DNA of 61,903 nt from Nemertoderma westbladi (GCA_032718475.1 JAUCBJ010000014.1:1-61903); one strand, 5' to 3'; shown: positions 26,909-39,449, counted from the stretch's first letter. Notes: generated by a model from the sequence alone, not told the origin. Program-made: numbers and translations.

Positions 26909-28045
26909 ACTCCCAGGAATGTTAAGAATGCATGCTGATCCACTCCATCAGTAGCTGCTTGTAGATTCTGGTAGAAATGTTCCACCTCCTCTACAGGGGC
27001 AACACTAGTTGGAGAGTAGCACACAATCAGAACCACCTTAGGAAACTTCTTCGCCAGTCTTCCAGAACATGAGAAGTGGCAACGGATGATGCGGTTAGAG
27101 ATTTGGTCTATTTTGTCCAATGCTGGATGTGCAGTTGGATTCATCAATAGACCAATTCCACCATTGCCACTATCATCTGCTGAAGCGAGATGTCCTTAAT
27201 CAGAACCTCATCAGTCTGTCCAGTCTGCATTCGGTGCTCTTGAACACCCACTGCACTAAGAGAAAGCTAATCTGCCAAGGCAGTCAGCTCACCTTGTCGC
27301 ATTGGGGACCCGAATGTTACGGTGTTTACTGAGGATAGTCTAGTGACTTGCCTCAGATTCACCAATGGCTTTGTTGGTCGGGCTGAACATGAGAGTAGCC
27401 TCCAACTCCAGAATCCCTCTCCCCCTCACAATCTGGCCTCCCTGGTGACCCAGGGTTTGGGCCAGAAAGGTCATCAGGAAAGGGACTCAAAGAATTGTTT
27501 GCCGCTCTCTCTCCAGTAGGGGGTGAGACAGGCAGTCGGTCAGGAGATAACTGACGCCTGTGAGGCCGATTGTGTCCAGTCATTCCACTGGCCTCTAGTG
27601 GCTGGACCTCCGCATTACTAATGTAATCCATAGTGGGGGTTGGGGGGTGCTTTTTTGCCGAGTCAGCTCTCGGGGCAAATACCACACCCTGGTTTGCCAT
27701 TCCACAGGGTGGGTGTCGCAGTGGAGTCAGATATGAGGCACATCACCCATATCTACTCTCGCGCACATGACCCACCATTGGCTGTGCAGCTCATCTGCTG
27801 GGTCATGCCCTGTACCCCTGCTGCCAGGTGCAGGTCGCAGTAAAGTGCACTCAGAGTGGACATGAGAACACTCTACTCCTGACCAGCCATTGGTAGATCA
27901 CCATCTGCCTGGCCAGGCCATATACCCCCGCAGCCAAGTATATGGGTCCTTAATCCAGGACCAAGGGCGTCCTTATCCCATAACGAAGGGGGTCCTAGTT
28001 ACAGGACCAGATTTGCCCTAGTAAGAGGGTCTATGCAGCTACAGG
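26909..28045 (-). mobile_element. 5' fragment of an RTE-like LINE: 5' UTR plus decayed AP endonuclease
   Basis: Minus-strand ISNRIIRCHF...VLIVCYSPTS...EHFYQNL...TFLG is the APE segment just before GDFNA, where it is cut. The upstream region is GC-rich and hairpin-rich. Confidence 0.8.
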
Positions 28046-28046
28046 T

Positions 28047-28083
28047 GGGGGGGAACTGTCCGGGGGTGAAGTGTCCTAGATCC
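28047..28083. repeat. terminus-like fragment of a G-rich MITE
   Basis: gggggggaactgtccgggggtgaagtgtcctagatcc contains two (G)n-aa-n-tgtcc units. No partner end was seen. Confidence 0.35.
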
Positions 28084-29639
28084 ACTACTGGCTTTAACTC
28101 AACATCTGGACACATTAACTACCATACCACGGTAAAGGTATCGCCGCTTGTGTAAAATAGGCCCGCCGACACGTTGAGTGAGCCTCAACAAGTAGTGGGC
28201 TGCTAAGGCGTAATCTGATTTTATTCGGACGTCAAACTTTTAATAATATTATTTAAATTATTATTGTGGAACTTTTTAGATCTGTCAATTTTACCATTTC
28301 CATGGTATAATAAATATAATTTATAATTAATATTAATATCAAAATGCCAAGAGGTTAAGTTTGTTACAAACCACTAAACTCATAAGGGTCTGTTAATTCC
28401 TGTAGGATGTTATGTCATATATTTTTCATAGTGGTAGTGATACGGATTGTGACATGTTGCGGAATCTGCTTGGAGAGTGTAAATGTACTTTGTGGGTGTT
28501 ATGCAATAATCGCTTCACATTCGGATCTGCATGTAAGAAATCTTTAATTAAATTTGGTATCAATTTAGACTATTTGTTATTGACATGTTTTTAAGCCTGT
28601 AGAACAGTACTTATTTACAAATTTATTGTCAATATTTTTAAATACTTTTTTAAAATTATGGTACGTACGTTGTTTGCGCCACACTAACCTACCCCGTCAG
28701 TTTTTAGTAATTCATACATATTTTATTTAAATTTTAATTCAGTCGGTTTTTAATAATCCATACATATCTTATTCAAATTTCAATAGTTCTACCGATTCTA
28801 CACTACTTTGTTTTAATCTATATTAGTTTGTTGTTTGTGCATCGCCGGTTTTTAACAGTCCTACGCTGGATTGAGTACATGTATTTCGTTGGTGTCGTAT
28901 CAGGTTTTTTTTTTATACCCTTCTTCAACTTCTTACTATATTTTATTAGGCCTATCCTATTACCGGTATTACATACAACATATTAATTTACTTTCAGTTC
29001 TGGTTCTATATAAAGATTGCCTTAAATTATGTCGGTGATGGGTATCTATAAGTTTATCTTCCTCTTACCCTAAACTATTAAACATTAAACATTATGTTTA
29101 AATACGGAACTTGTGTGTTTCAGTAAAATATAGCATTCAATATTACAGTTTATCTTCAATATTACAGTTTATCTATGTCGGGAAGGGGGGGAGGGGGGCA
29201 ATGGTCCCTAGCCCTCCTTGGGGACTAATCAATGACTTACTATTGGCCGAACGGATATTTAACTACACAATGAGATACAGCGTGTTAGGCAGTGAGTAGG
29301 CTGCTAATAATTAATAGCCCATATTTATTTTTAAAACTATAATAATTGAACACCCAATTATCTACCCCTGTACTCCTCTTACAGCAAGCAGTGTTTGTAT
29401 AGTAAGCAGAATGTCAGTGTGTATAGGAAATTAAAATTTCCCGTGGATAACATACATTTATTATTAATTAAACTTGTGAATGAAAATAAACTAATATTTA
29501 TTCAATTAATAATTACACAAACATTGTGTTTTACTCTTTATTACTCAAAATATGTTCAATAGTAATAAATACAGAGTGTGATCCTACATTTTTATTTGTA
29601 AGTTCAATACGATTTTAAATTATTCCAGAGCCCACCAGC

Positions 29640-30322
29640 CCACGGAAGTCAACCTCAGGTGCGCTTCAATTCCGCTGGAACCCGATCTACTATCGGGTGT
29701 GGGATGGAGTTCTTTTCTCGGGGTTGGCTTTCCAGGCCGCCCCCCCCCCCCTGGGTATGATATTGCTACCCCTTCTTGGTGCAATCGCAACCTATGTTGC
29801 ACCAAGACATCTGACGTCTCTGTTCGAGACAATTGTGGACTCCTTTCACACAATTTTATACCACCTCACTCTGAACTCACTCTAACTTCACTCTACTCTA
29901 TATCCTATGGACCCTATCGTCCCTTACTCTCTCCCTTACTGCTCGCTCCCCACATTTGAATTGCACCCGTCTACATTCTGCGCACTTCAACACCTCCTCC
30001 CCGTACCTCCCCCATGTTCCTATACTCAACCCACACTTATTTCACTCTACTCACTCCTGACGAGCCTCACCCTCCCCTTTTGTGCCGTCGCACTCAAGAA
30101 GTGTGATTCGTCTAGTGTCTCGTCCTCCTGTCATAGTCAATTGGTCCCCAATCCCAGTAGCTAGTTGGAAAAGGATATATATGACTATAGTACTTACTTT
30201 GATTATATATTCATATTAATTATATTGAATATCTATATACGTACATACTAATTGCACTTAATTATTTGCACTTAGGAGTTCGTATTTATTCCCACATGTG
30301 GTGCCTTCCAGGCACACCCACA
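29640..30322 (-). repeat. 3' LTR (truncated) of BEL element 1
   Basis: Begins TG immediately after a pure purine tract. A diverged second copy lies at ~26465-26908. Confidence 0.75.
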
Positions 30323-30333
30323 TCTCCCTCTCT
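30323..30333 (-). promoter_or_regulatory. polypurine tract
   Basis: Minus strand reads AGAGAGGGAGA|TGTGGG, 5 nt after the accessory ORF stop. Confidence 0.75.
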
Positions 30334-30338
30334 GAGTT

Positions 30339-32894
30339 CTAGTTCGCTCCTCCCGTCTTCGGGAACCATCTTAGTTCTTTCCCCCTGTCATTGTCTTCCC
30401 TGGGCCGCTTCCTTCCCTCCACCTTCTCTTCCCTGAGACTTCTCATTCTCATCGTTGCTGCCTTGCTAATGCCCGTCGTCGCTTCTTTGGGCGCTGGTGT
30501 TATCAACTCCCGGTAACGCTTTGCAGGTGACCCTTCCGAGTGCCCTTCCTGCTTCCCCCTGGTAGTGTCCCACAAGATCATTTTCATCGTTTGCGGCACG
30601 TGCTCTGCCAGAAAATCCCTGAACTCGCCCCTGTTTTCTGGCGTCCATCTATCCAAGTACCTCTGCGTGTTGATGACTCCTCCATACGATGCCGCTGTCG
30701 CTACCTCCTGGTATGTGAATGGCAGTCTCCTCTTGATAATCTCCTGATGGGCTTCTGGATTGATGTTGAAGAAACCCCACCGGAACTCCTGGGCCTTCAT
30801 CCTCTGCCGCGTCATAACGCCGACGTCGGCCCACTCCTCGAAGATCTTAAACTTCTCTTCATCGTCCATCCAATCACACTGCCGCCCATTGTGCCCTCGG
30901 AAGTTACACTTTGAGCAGCAGTTGTGCAGCCTCGGACATGCTCCCATTCTATGGGTCGACTCGCGGCAGTAGAGGCAGCTCGTCCCCTTCTGAAATCGAT
31001 ACAAACAGCTCTTTTCCTGATGATTTAGCATCCCGCAGTAGTCACAGCCATGTATCAACGCATCCCGCCCCAAGTCATCTTTTGCCCCGAGCGGTCTCCT
31101 AGATCTGTAGAGCCGTTGGTACGCAAACTTCTGGACATTAAGGTCTCTACCCATATCCACGTTCTCCTCCCGCCTCGGCATCGTCTCCCCAAACACTACC
31201 CGTGGTGCTGTTCCCAGCTGCACGCCCAACCTGATGGTGCTCCCCGCGAAATCCATCGCCGGCTCCTTGTTGCACCCAGGTCCGCTTGCCAGGTTTATCC
31301 CAGAAGGCCCTCGCCCCACTGGCCATCGCCACTCTCCCGCCCACCCAGTCCATATCTGAGTGGCCGATCCTCTCGATGGGTGGCATCTCCCCGAACTCGT
31401 CGTCATCTTCCTCCCTCGCTGGGAGTGGATCCAGACCCAGTATCCCGGTAGATACACTGTGCCCCTTTCCGCCTTGGCTTCCACCCGTAACTTTCCACCT
31501 TTCCTGCTCCCTTGGTCTCTTCCTTGCGAAATCGCCCTCAGAGCCCCCTGGTATGGGCATCATTTGCAATCCCGATGTCGACTGTTTCGGCGATCCCTCC
31601 GTGCATCCCAGTTCCTCCCCCAGAAACTCGCCCGAGCTCCCTGATCCCCACCTTAGCTCGTCCAAGTCCTGGGCTTCAAACCCGTACTCCTCTCCCCTTA
31701 TATCCGCCTCTCCCTCGTCTGATTCCCTCCTTTCTCGCCTGGCGATTTCTTCCAGCCTCTTCTCCTCGACTCTATCCACTTCCAACTTCTCCCACCTCTT
31801 GTATGGTGTGTCCACCTCTCTGTCTACTAGGTGCCGGCTATTGAGTACACCGACTCGCCCTTCAGCCCCGGGTGGTCTACCAGACCTTTGAAGGCCACCT
31901 TAAAGGCTCTTCTGTAGTTTAGAGGTGCTCCTGATAGCAGAAACGCTGTTGGCTCTCCTCCGATAACCACGGCCATGAATAGGTTTAGTAAACCTATCAT
32001 TATCCAATCCTCCTGTAGGATATATCTCTTCTGATATATCTTTATCGCTCCCCTTCGGAACTGGTACACCTCCTGTTTCCCTGGCCTCGCTCCCCATTTC
32101 AGCGAGTTCGCCAGTTCCGCTCCGTACTCCTCCCGGAACTTACCCCAGTCCATCGGCTTGTGGCAGACGAGCCCCATGAGCTGACCTATCGCCACTGCTC
32201 CGCAATGTCCTGTGTTCTCTACCAATCCCAACCCGTCTGGCCCCGTCATGGCCATATAGACCGCTTGCATGTCCAGGAGGTTGGGAGTTTCCAGTCCAAC
32301 GATCCTCTTCGCGTCGTCGCGGATCGCCGATCCCACCTTCACCGTAGTCTTCTCCCTCACTAGGTCCTGCTCCGCCCTTGGCAACCGGTTTAACTTCGGC
32401 CCGCTCTTCTTCCCATAGGTTCCCAGATCGAATAGAAAGATGTCTCCATTTGGCGAGGCCAAATGCAGTAGTAGGGTTCTAGCTGATACCACTGACCCTC
32501 TTCTTGAGCCCTCGTTGTCCTCCACAGTCCCTTCGTCGTCTAGGACCATGTATCCATATCCACCCCTACTCACAGACTCTACAAACCTCCTCCATTCATT
32601 TCTCGGTGGTTCCCCCGGATACTTCGGTATCCCGAACTTCACTTCGTCTCCCTTCACTATGTAGCGAAAATCCTCAAGGATCGGGTTGTCCAACGACGGC
32701 ATCCTGTAGGTCCCGACCAGTCATCTCTAGTGCATCTCCCTAAAGTGGTCCTGCAGCGCTTGCACTTTGTGACCCTTCAGTAGCGGCTTGTAGTATCCCC
32801 TCATCCTTTCCTCCGGATGCCTTTGCGTGAAGTCCACTAGTATCTCCTTTCCACTCCTCTCCGTCTTTCTCTTCTTAACTAGTCTCTCCACCAT
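30339..32894 (-). pseudogene. accessory ORF: DEDD(y)-type 3'-5' exonuclease (WRN/EXD2/RNase D-like), acidic linker and three CCHC zinc knuckles; disrupted
   Basis: Exonuclease-like motifs VLDDEG (ExoI DxE), LLHLAS-DIFLFDL, VKVGSAIRDDAKRI-LLDMQ (ExoII) and YQKRYILQED (ExoIII-like). Knuckles CDYCGMLNHQEKSC, CLYCRESTHRMGAC and CSKCNFRGHNGRQC. Three overlapping ORFs can be joined by two frameshifts. An in-frame ATG at 32894 is separated from the exonuclease ORF by two stops. Confidence 0.7.
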
Positions 32895-33423
32895 TACGAA
32901 CTTTCTTGCGCGCTCACCTTATTGGTGGTGCCTTACCAAGGCTCAATTAGATGAGTGACGTTTAATAAGATGGTCTGTATTTGTTCAGTAGTGGCCTACC
33001 TCCTAGAAACCCTAATTTTGTGGTATAATTTTAAGTATACGTCCCCCAAAGTGCCAATTTTCCTAAATTTTACAAATCTGTCCATTACTTTAATTATGAT
33101 TCTAGAATCCTTTGCCTACTGTTGCCGTAATTTACTAAATTTTGCTCCTAATACTATTTTATTCTCTCTTAGTGTGCTATTATTGGTTATGGTGGGTTAT
33201 TTATACCTAGATAACCCCTGTAGTTTGTATACAGGGAAAACTAGCTATTCTCTACTGTGCTAGTTTCGTACCAGGCAACTTCCTGGCAAGTTAACAAACA
33301 TCCTAGACTTACACTATGGGCTATGCAGTACAGTAGTCTGTCTCGTGCGGCCTACACGGTCTATCCTGCTGTACCCATATGCCCCCCTCTCCCTTTCAGG
33401 GCGCTCTCAATGCCCACAGCCTC

Positions 33424-33962
33424 TACGGTACTATGTACCCTACTACTAATCTTATGGTATACCTATATACCATACACTCTACACTCTTACTACTAACTTC
33501 TACTAACTCTAACTTCTAACTCTTACGGTACTATGTACCCTACTATTACTCTCGTGGTATGTCTATATACCACACTCCCTAACTTCTAACCTCTGCCTCT
33601 TACGGTACTATGTACCCTGCTACTACACTCGTGGTATGTCTATATACCACACTCTATAACTTCTAACTACTACTAACGGTACTATGTACCCTGCTACTCC
33701 GGTACTATGTACCCTGCTACTACTCTCGTGGTATGTCCATATACCACACTCCCTAACTTCTAACTACTACTAACGGTACTATGTACCCTACTACTCCAGT
33801 ACTATGTACCCCGCTACTACTCTCGTGGTATGTCAATATACCACACTCCCTAACTTTTAACTTCTAGCTTCTTACGGTACTATGTACCCTACTACTCTGG
33901 TACTATGTACCCTGCTACTACTCTCGTGGTATGTCTATATACCACACTCCCTAACTTCTAAC
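33424..33962. repeat. tandem array of ~75-100-bp units containing two short palindromic hairpins
   Basis: About 9 copies of ggtac-tat-gtacc and about 6 of gtggtat-gtctat-ataccac, separated by ctaact/tactac spacers. Confidence 0.9.
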
Positions 33963-34121
33963 TAGTGCTACATACTATCTTATTATCTACTACTATTACT
34001 TTCTAACTTTCTACTATCTCACTTCTTATTTTATTATTTTTTTGCGTTTTTTTGGTGTGTGGGAAGGGTGTCTTGCCCTCATTCCCACCCCCCTCAGTCC
34101 AACATATTGGACGACTAAACT

Positions 34122-37100
34122 CTAAGGTGCCCCTTCCAATAGGCAGCACTTTCCCACAGCCCTCCTGTATGTCTTCCTATCTTTGGCCCCTATCTTGCCT
34201 CCTATCCTCACTTCCACCGACCGGACTCTTCCGCCCTCGTCGGGGTAAGTATCTACGACTCTCGCTAGTCTCCATTGGTTATTGAAAATTGTGTCGTCAG
34301 TGACGATTACCAAGTCACCCTTCTTCAACTCATTCTCCGCTCCCACGAAGTTGGTCCCGTTATCTGAATATATCACCTTGAGTGTTCCCCCTTTGTGGCT
34401 TACAAATCTTTCTAAGGCATTAATAAATGCCGATGCCATAGCCCTGCGCAAGTTCTATTCCCACCGCTCTTGTGTTGTTGCAGACAAAGATAATGCAGTA
34501 GCGTTTCTCCGTATGCCGCATCACCTTTATCTTAATCGGCCCGAACATGTCCACGCCGCAGTGCGTGAATGGCGGGTCGTGTTGTCTCACTCTGTTGGCC
34601 GGTAATGGCGCCATCTCCTGTACGGCCCTCTCCTTTCTCGTCCGTCGGCAGGTCTGGCACTGCCCCACTACCGCATTCACCTTCTTCCTAAGTTGGGTGA
34701 TCCAGAAGGTCCTTCGTATCTTCATGAGGGTCTGATTCGTGCCTCCGTATAGTATCGATTTATGCGAGTCCCATATGATCTGGTGGACTATTGGTGATTT
34801 ATTGGGGATTATTATGGGTTTTGGTGGGATAACTAAGCTGTTATTGTTCACCACTCTGGAATTCATCACCAGAATCCTGTCCTCGTTCAACTGCGGGGAC
34901 AGCGTTTTGAGTTCGCTGTCTCGACGAAGGTGTTGTTGCTTGCTAACTCTGTCCACTTTGTCGGCGTACTCCTTTCTTTGCTCGTATCGCATTATGGCTA
35001 TAGCCGCTCCTTCCAGATCGATGGTTGGTTTCCTTTTGGCATCCTTGCCAACTCCCCTAAGGAAATCCCCGTAGGCCCTCCAATATGCTACCAGCTGGAG
35101 CTGTAACTGAGAAACCTATCCGTCGGATTATCACATGGATCTTCTGATCTCGGTGGCACTTCCTTGATCTCCCTCTCCAACTGGCTGATATATCTCTTCC
35201 CCTTCTGGATCTTCCCCCTCCTCTTCTGCTACTACTTCCTCTGAGCCAGGGTCCACCTTCCTCATTGGTGGCCATGCTGATCTATCATTAAGGAAGTGTG
35301 GCCCGTGTTGCCACAACTCTTCCTTCTTCGAAAAGGTGCAGCGTGCAACGCCCCTCGATAACAGATCTGCTGGATTGTCGTCGGTAGGGCAATAATGCCA
35401 CCTTTCTAGGTCAGTCGTCGCCCTTATCTCGTTTATCCTATTCGCGACGAATATAGGGTATCTCGTCTTCTCGTTATGTAGCCACCCTAACACTACCATG
35501 GAGTCCGTCCAGTAGTGTGTCTCCACTATGTTAGGTATAGTGTCCCTCAAGTAAGCTGTGGCCCTTGCTCCTAACCTCGCAGCTGTCAGCTCGAGTTTCG
35601 GCACTGATGCTGAATCTGGTGGCGTCAACTTTGCTTTACTAAATGCAAGTCTGGGCTTATGAGCCCCCTTTCGCTGTACCAAATAAAGTGCCGCTCCATA
35701 TGCTTCCAAAGATGCATCGGAAAACATGTGTAGATCCAGGTCCGTCATGTCTCCGTCCGGGAAATACACGCGTGGCATGCTGTACGTCCCCATCTCCTCT
35801 AGACTCCACGTCCACTTGCTCCACTGTCTACTTATTTCTTCCGGGACTTCTGTATCCCATTCATCCTTTAACTTGTATACTTTCTTTAATAGTTGCTTCC
35901 CCGTGACTAACAGTGGGGATGCTAGGCCTAGGGGATCATATATCCTTGCTATGTACGATACATAGCCCCGCTTAGTGTGGATCTCTGCACCCTCTTGGCT
36001 CAGTTGATACTCCAACTCGTCCATCTCCCGGGTCCACACGATCCCTAGTGCCTTTTGCTGAGACTCAACTCTCTTGTTCGCCAGATCCTGTCCCTTTGCT
36101 GTTGTGGGGTTGTCCATGGTCGACTCTGGTTGCTTGTCTTCTATGGCTTTCATGAATTCCTCGGAGCTGGACTGGAACTTAGTGAGGTTGAACAAGGATC
36201 CTTTTAGGATGTCTCAAACCTCGCGCCCTATCTCCAGTATTTCTTCAACCATGTTTCCAGATCCCATCCCATCGTCTACATAGAAATCGTGTGGAATCAT
36301 ATCGATCACCTTCGTACTATGCTCTCCTTCCTTACCCTCTACCGTATCTCTCACAGCCGTAGTCGTTGTAAATGAGGACGACTTGGCCCCCATGTTTTGC
36401 ACCAACATTTCGTCGCCGTTATACCATAAGAAGCGCTGACTATCGCTGTCTTCTTCCGTCACATGGACTTGGTTGAACATGCCTTCAATGTCGCACGTGA
36501 AGGCGTGCCTCCCAGTTCTGAATCTCAACAAGACCTCTATCCCGGAGTTATAGATATTGGGGCCCTCCAGCAGATAGTCGTTTAGGCTCTTGCCATTCAT
36601 TTTGGCTGACGCGTCGACCACCATCCGCAGTTTACCCTTCTTTGGATCTAAAGCCACGTGCAGTGGCAGATAGTAGGTCCTGTCCGTGTTTGGCTCGTCG
36701 ACCGGTAACTCCATGGCCCATCCCTTCTCAACGTATTTCTTGATTGTCCTGTGGATGTACTCGTCCTTCTCGGGGCTCCGTCTGAGTGTCTGCTTCAGTT
36801 TGCGAAGCCTCGTGAGTACCATCCCTTTGTTATCTGGCAACGGCAGCTTTGGTTGTCTCCACACCATCCCTATGGTGTACCGTCCCCCTTTGCACTTCAT
36901 CGACTCCTTTACGCTCTCTATCGCTTGTTTATCTTCTACCGAGGTTCCGACCCCGGCCTCCTTTAATCCTTCGAAGTCCTGCCGCAGCAGCCTCTTAAGT
37001 TGCTCTTCTGCTCCTTCGTCCTCCATCTCCCTCATTGTACCTGCGAACATGCACCCTGATGTCTCCGACACCCTGAATGGAATCTTGGTCTCAATTGGGC

Positions 37101-39250
37101 CGCTAAGCGTCCATCCGAATGGCGTGAGAATCGCCATCGGATCGCGCTGCTTATTCTCTCCGAATATGGTCCATATCCTCTCGTGGGCTGTCGGACAATC
37201 CATTCCGACTATAATGGATACCTCCGAAACGTCCACTTCCGGTATTGAGAAATCGATATCGTCCAGGACCCGATATTGCTCGACCTCGATCCTTGTGGGT
37301 CGCTTGGCGTTTATATTAATCGATTCTATTATCTGAATGGGGTCGATGGTCACCCCATAATCACATCCTGGTGCTATTGCTGATATCTCGCACCGTCCCG
37401 TTCTCATCTCCAGGACCTCATCCTTGCTCGAGATAGTAGTTACCGCCATCCTACTCGGCCTGGTCTGTAACCTCATCTCCTCGGCCACCTAATTCTCTAC
37501 CAGCGTGAAGGCTGCTCCACTGTCGACCAGCATCAATGTCGTGACTGATCGACTGCTTTCTCCCATCACCCTCACCGGTACCACCCCGAGTAGTTCCGTT
37601 CCCCTTTTCTTCGCTCCTATGGTGCTTGTCGCCATTGTTTGGCCTTTGCCTTGACCGAATTTTATTGGCGTGTCCTTACACTGTTCAACCTTGTGTCCGC
37701 CTACCACACATCGATGACAGATTCCACTTCTGTTCGCGTATTCTACCTGATCTTGTTTCGGAAACGCCTGCAAATACTTGCAGTTCATAGTCTGATGGAG
37801 TGCGTTCGAGTGTAATTGGCATTTGTTTCTCGGATTATAGCCTTCTCTATACAGTGCATTGCATATTGCACGTATATTCATGCTTAGCTGTCTAGCGTTC
37901 TTATTATTTGGGTTTGGCCTACTGGGCATGTTGGGGTTGTATTTTTTTGTGTTATTATTTTGTCCCTGTTCATGCCATAGTGTGGCCCTACCCCCGGCTA
38001 TCTGTGGACTAGCAGTCCCCTGCATCGCCGCGTATGGTAGCGATTGTCTTAACTTTGGTAACGCATTTGCCGCACTATGTTCTGGTTTTGGCCTGTTGTA
38101 TTCGGTCCTCGGCGCCCTCCCCAGACTATCCTCGCTGTAGACTGGGTCCGTGATCAATTCCGCCTCGTAATTGAGGAAGTTCGACATTTCCTCTAGGCCT
38201 GGTTCCGCACCTTTCTTCTCCCGGGTGGAGAAGGCGATCTTCCTCCACTTGTTTCTTAGCCAGATCGGCAGTGCCTGCGCTATTGTGGTGATGTTGTTCG
38301 ATGCGTTGAGTTCGTAAGGCGCATCTAAGGTCTTCAGCACAATCAGCGCCTTTTCGACTTTATTCGCGAAAGTCTCAATGCTGACAGAGTTGTCCTGTAG
38401 TCCGCCTGATGTAATTCCCCTTAAGGTTTGTCGGATGATCTTAGCAGGATGCCCGTATTCCCTGTCTAGGGACTGCCATGCAGTTGTGAATCCACCTTCG
38501 ATACCTTGATACTGCCTTACGATGTTGTATGCTGGGCCCCCTGTGTAAACTTGTAAATATTTTAGGCACTCTGCCTGTGTCAAGTTCTTTGTTAATATTT
38601 CATTACTGTACATGCGTTGGAATTGCAGGTATTCTTCCGGTCTGCTTCCATCGAATTTGAACGGTTCCACTGGTGGCAGCTCGATCCTGGTCTTAAGCGC
38701 ATCGATGAGTGTTGCCATTCCCATTGCCTGTACTTCTAGTGGGCTCGATGGGTGCTGTCCAGATTCCCCTGCTGCTGGGTGTGGTTCGCCCGTCGGGCCT
38801 GTCAACCTCTTCTGCGTTGGATATATCATTGGGGGTAATGGTCCCCTCCATATCTCGGTATCACACGTTATTTTGGTCCAAGGGGTTTGGGGTTTTTGCT
38901 GGTCTTGGTTGGGTATATTGCTGATATTGTAATGGGGGAATGTCACCCTGTCCCCCCCCCCCCCCCCCAACCCCCCCCCCCCCCACCGGTGTTATATTTG
39001 GTATTGGGGTTGATGTTACCATGTTAGGGCCCATACATCTATCGGCAATAGCTCCTCCCTCCCCTGGGTATATGTTATATCCTTGCATATTATAGTCATA
39101 CTGGTGTGCAGGTACCGGTATAGGCCTATCCACTTCTTGCCTTCCTACCGGTATGAATGCCGCGACTTCCGGATCTAATCCCGTTGTTCGCGCTACCCTA
39201 TCGCCTACACTATCTCTTCCAGCATGGCCTATAGTATGTGCAGTAAGGCC
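34122..39250 (-). pseudogene. BEL/Pao gag-pol polyprotein, decayed
   Basis: Gag (LDPEVAAFIP, KFDGS, CHRCVVGGHKVEQC), protease VDSGA, RT YYLPLH/CDIEGMFNQV/YVDD, RNase H FSDAS/KLEL/WTDS/NPADLLSRG and integrase CQTC/GVDMFGP/SDNGTNF. It has in-frame stops at 37489 and 36214, frameshifts and internal deletions. Confidence 0.95.
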
Positions 39251-39449
39251 TACACTACAGTATGTCCTGCAGTCTGCCTTTGTCCCTCCGGACCGAAGTT
39301 TACATACAATGTGTTATATTTCAGTAGCATAGTTTTCAAATGAGAGGGACGCAGTTTATCGTAAGGTTTAGTAAATTGCATTTATATTTGGTACAAAGAC
39401 AATAAAACAATTTCCTGCCATCATATTCAACTACAGTAGTACAATATAA

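Larger units (their letters stand above)
29640..39300 (-). mobile_element. BEL/Pao LTR retrotransposon 1 (5'-truncated, decayed) with accessory ORF
   Basis: Minus-strand order: gag-PR-RT-RH-IN (39250-34122), PPT-like tract, tandem hairpin array, accessory ORF (32894-30339), PPT, LTR starting TGTGGG at 30322. Confidence 0.85.

Noticed and set aside
28100-29630. Short ORFs and small tandem duplications in the AT-rich spacer
   Set aside because: No recognisable motifs or termini, so no call can be supported.
37486-37491. Programmed stop read-through between gag and pol
   Set aside because: The TAG lies within the protease domain, and the element has other stops, frameshifts and deletions. Simple decay is more likely.
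38953-38985. Programmed frameshift or G-quadruplex at the poly-C/G run in BEL1 gag
   Set aside because: Long C homopolymers also occur at ~24548, ~26553, ~29740 and ~47575. Slippage or sequencing error is sufficient.
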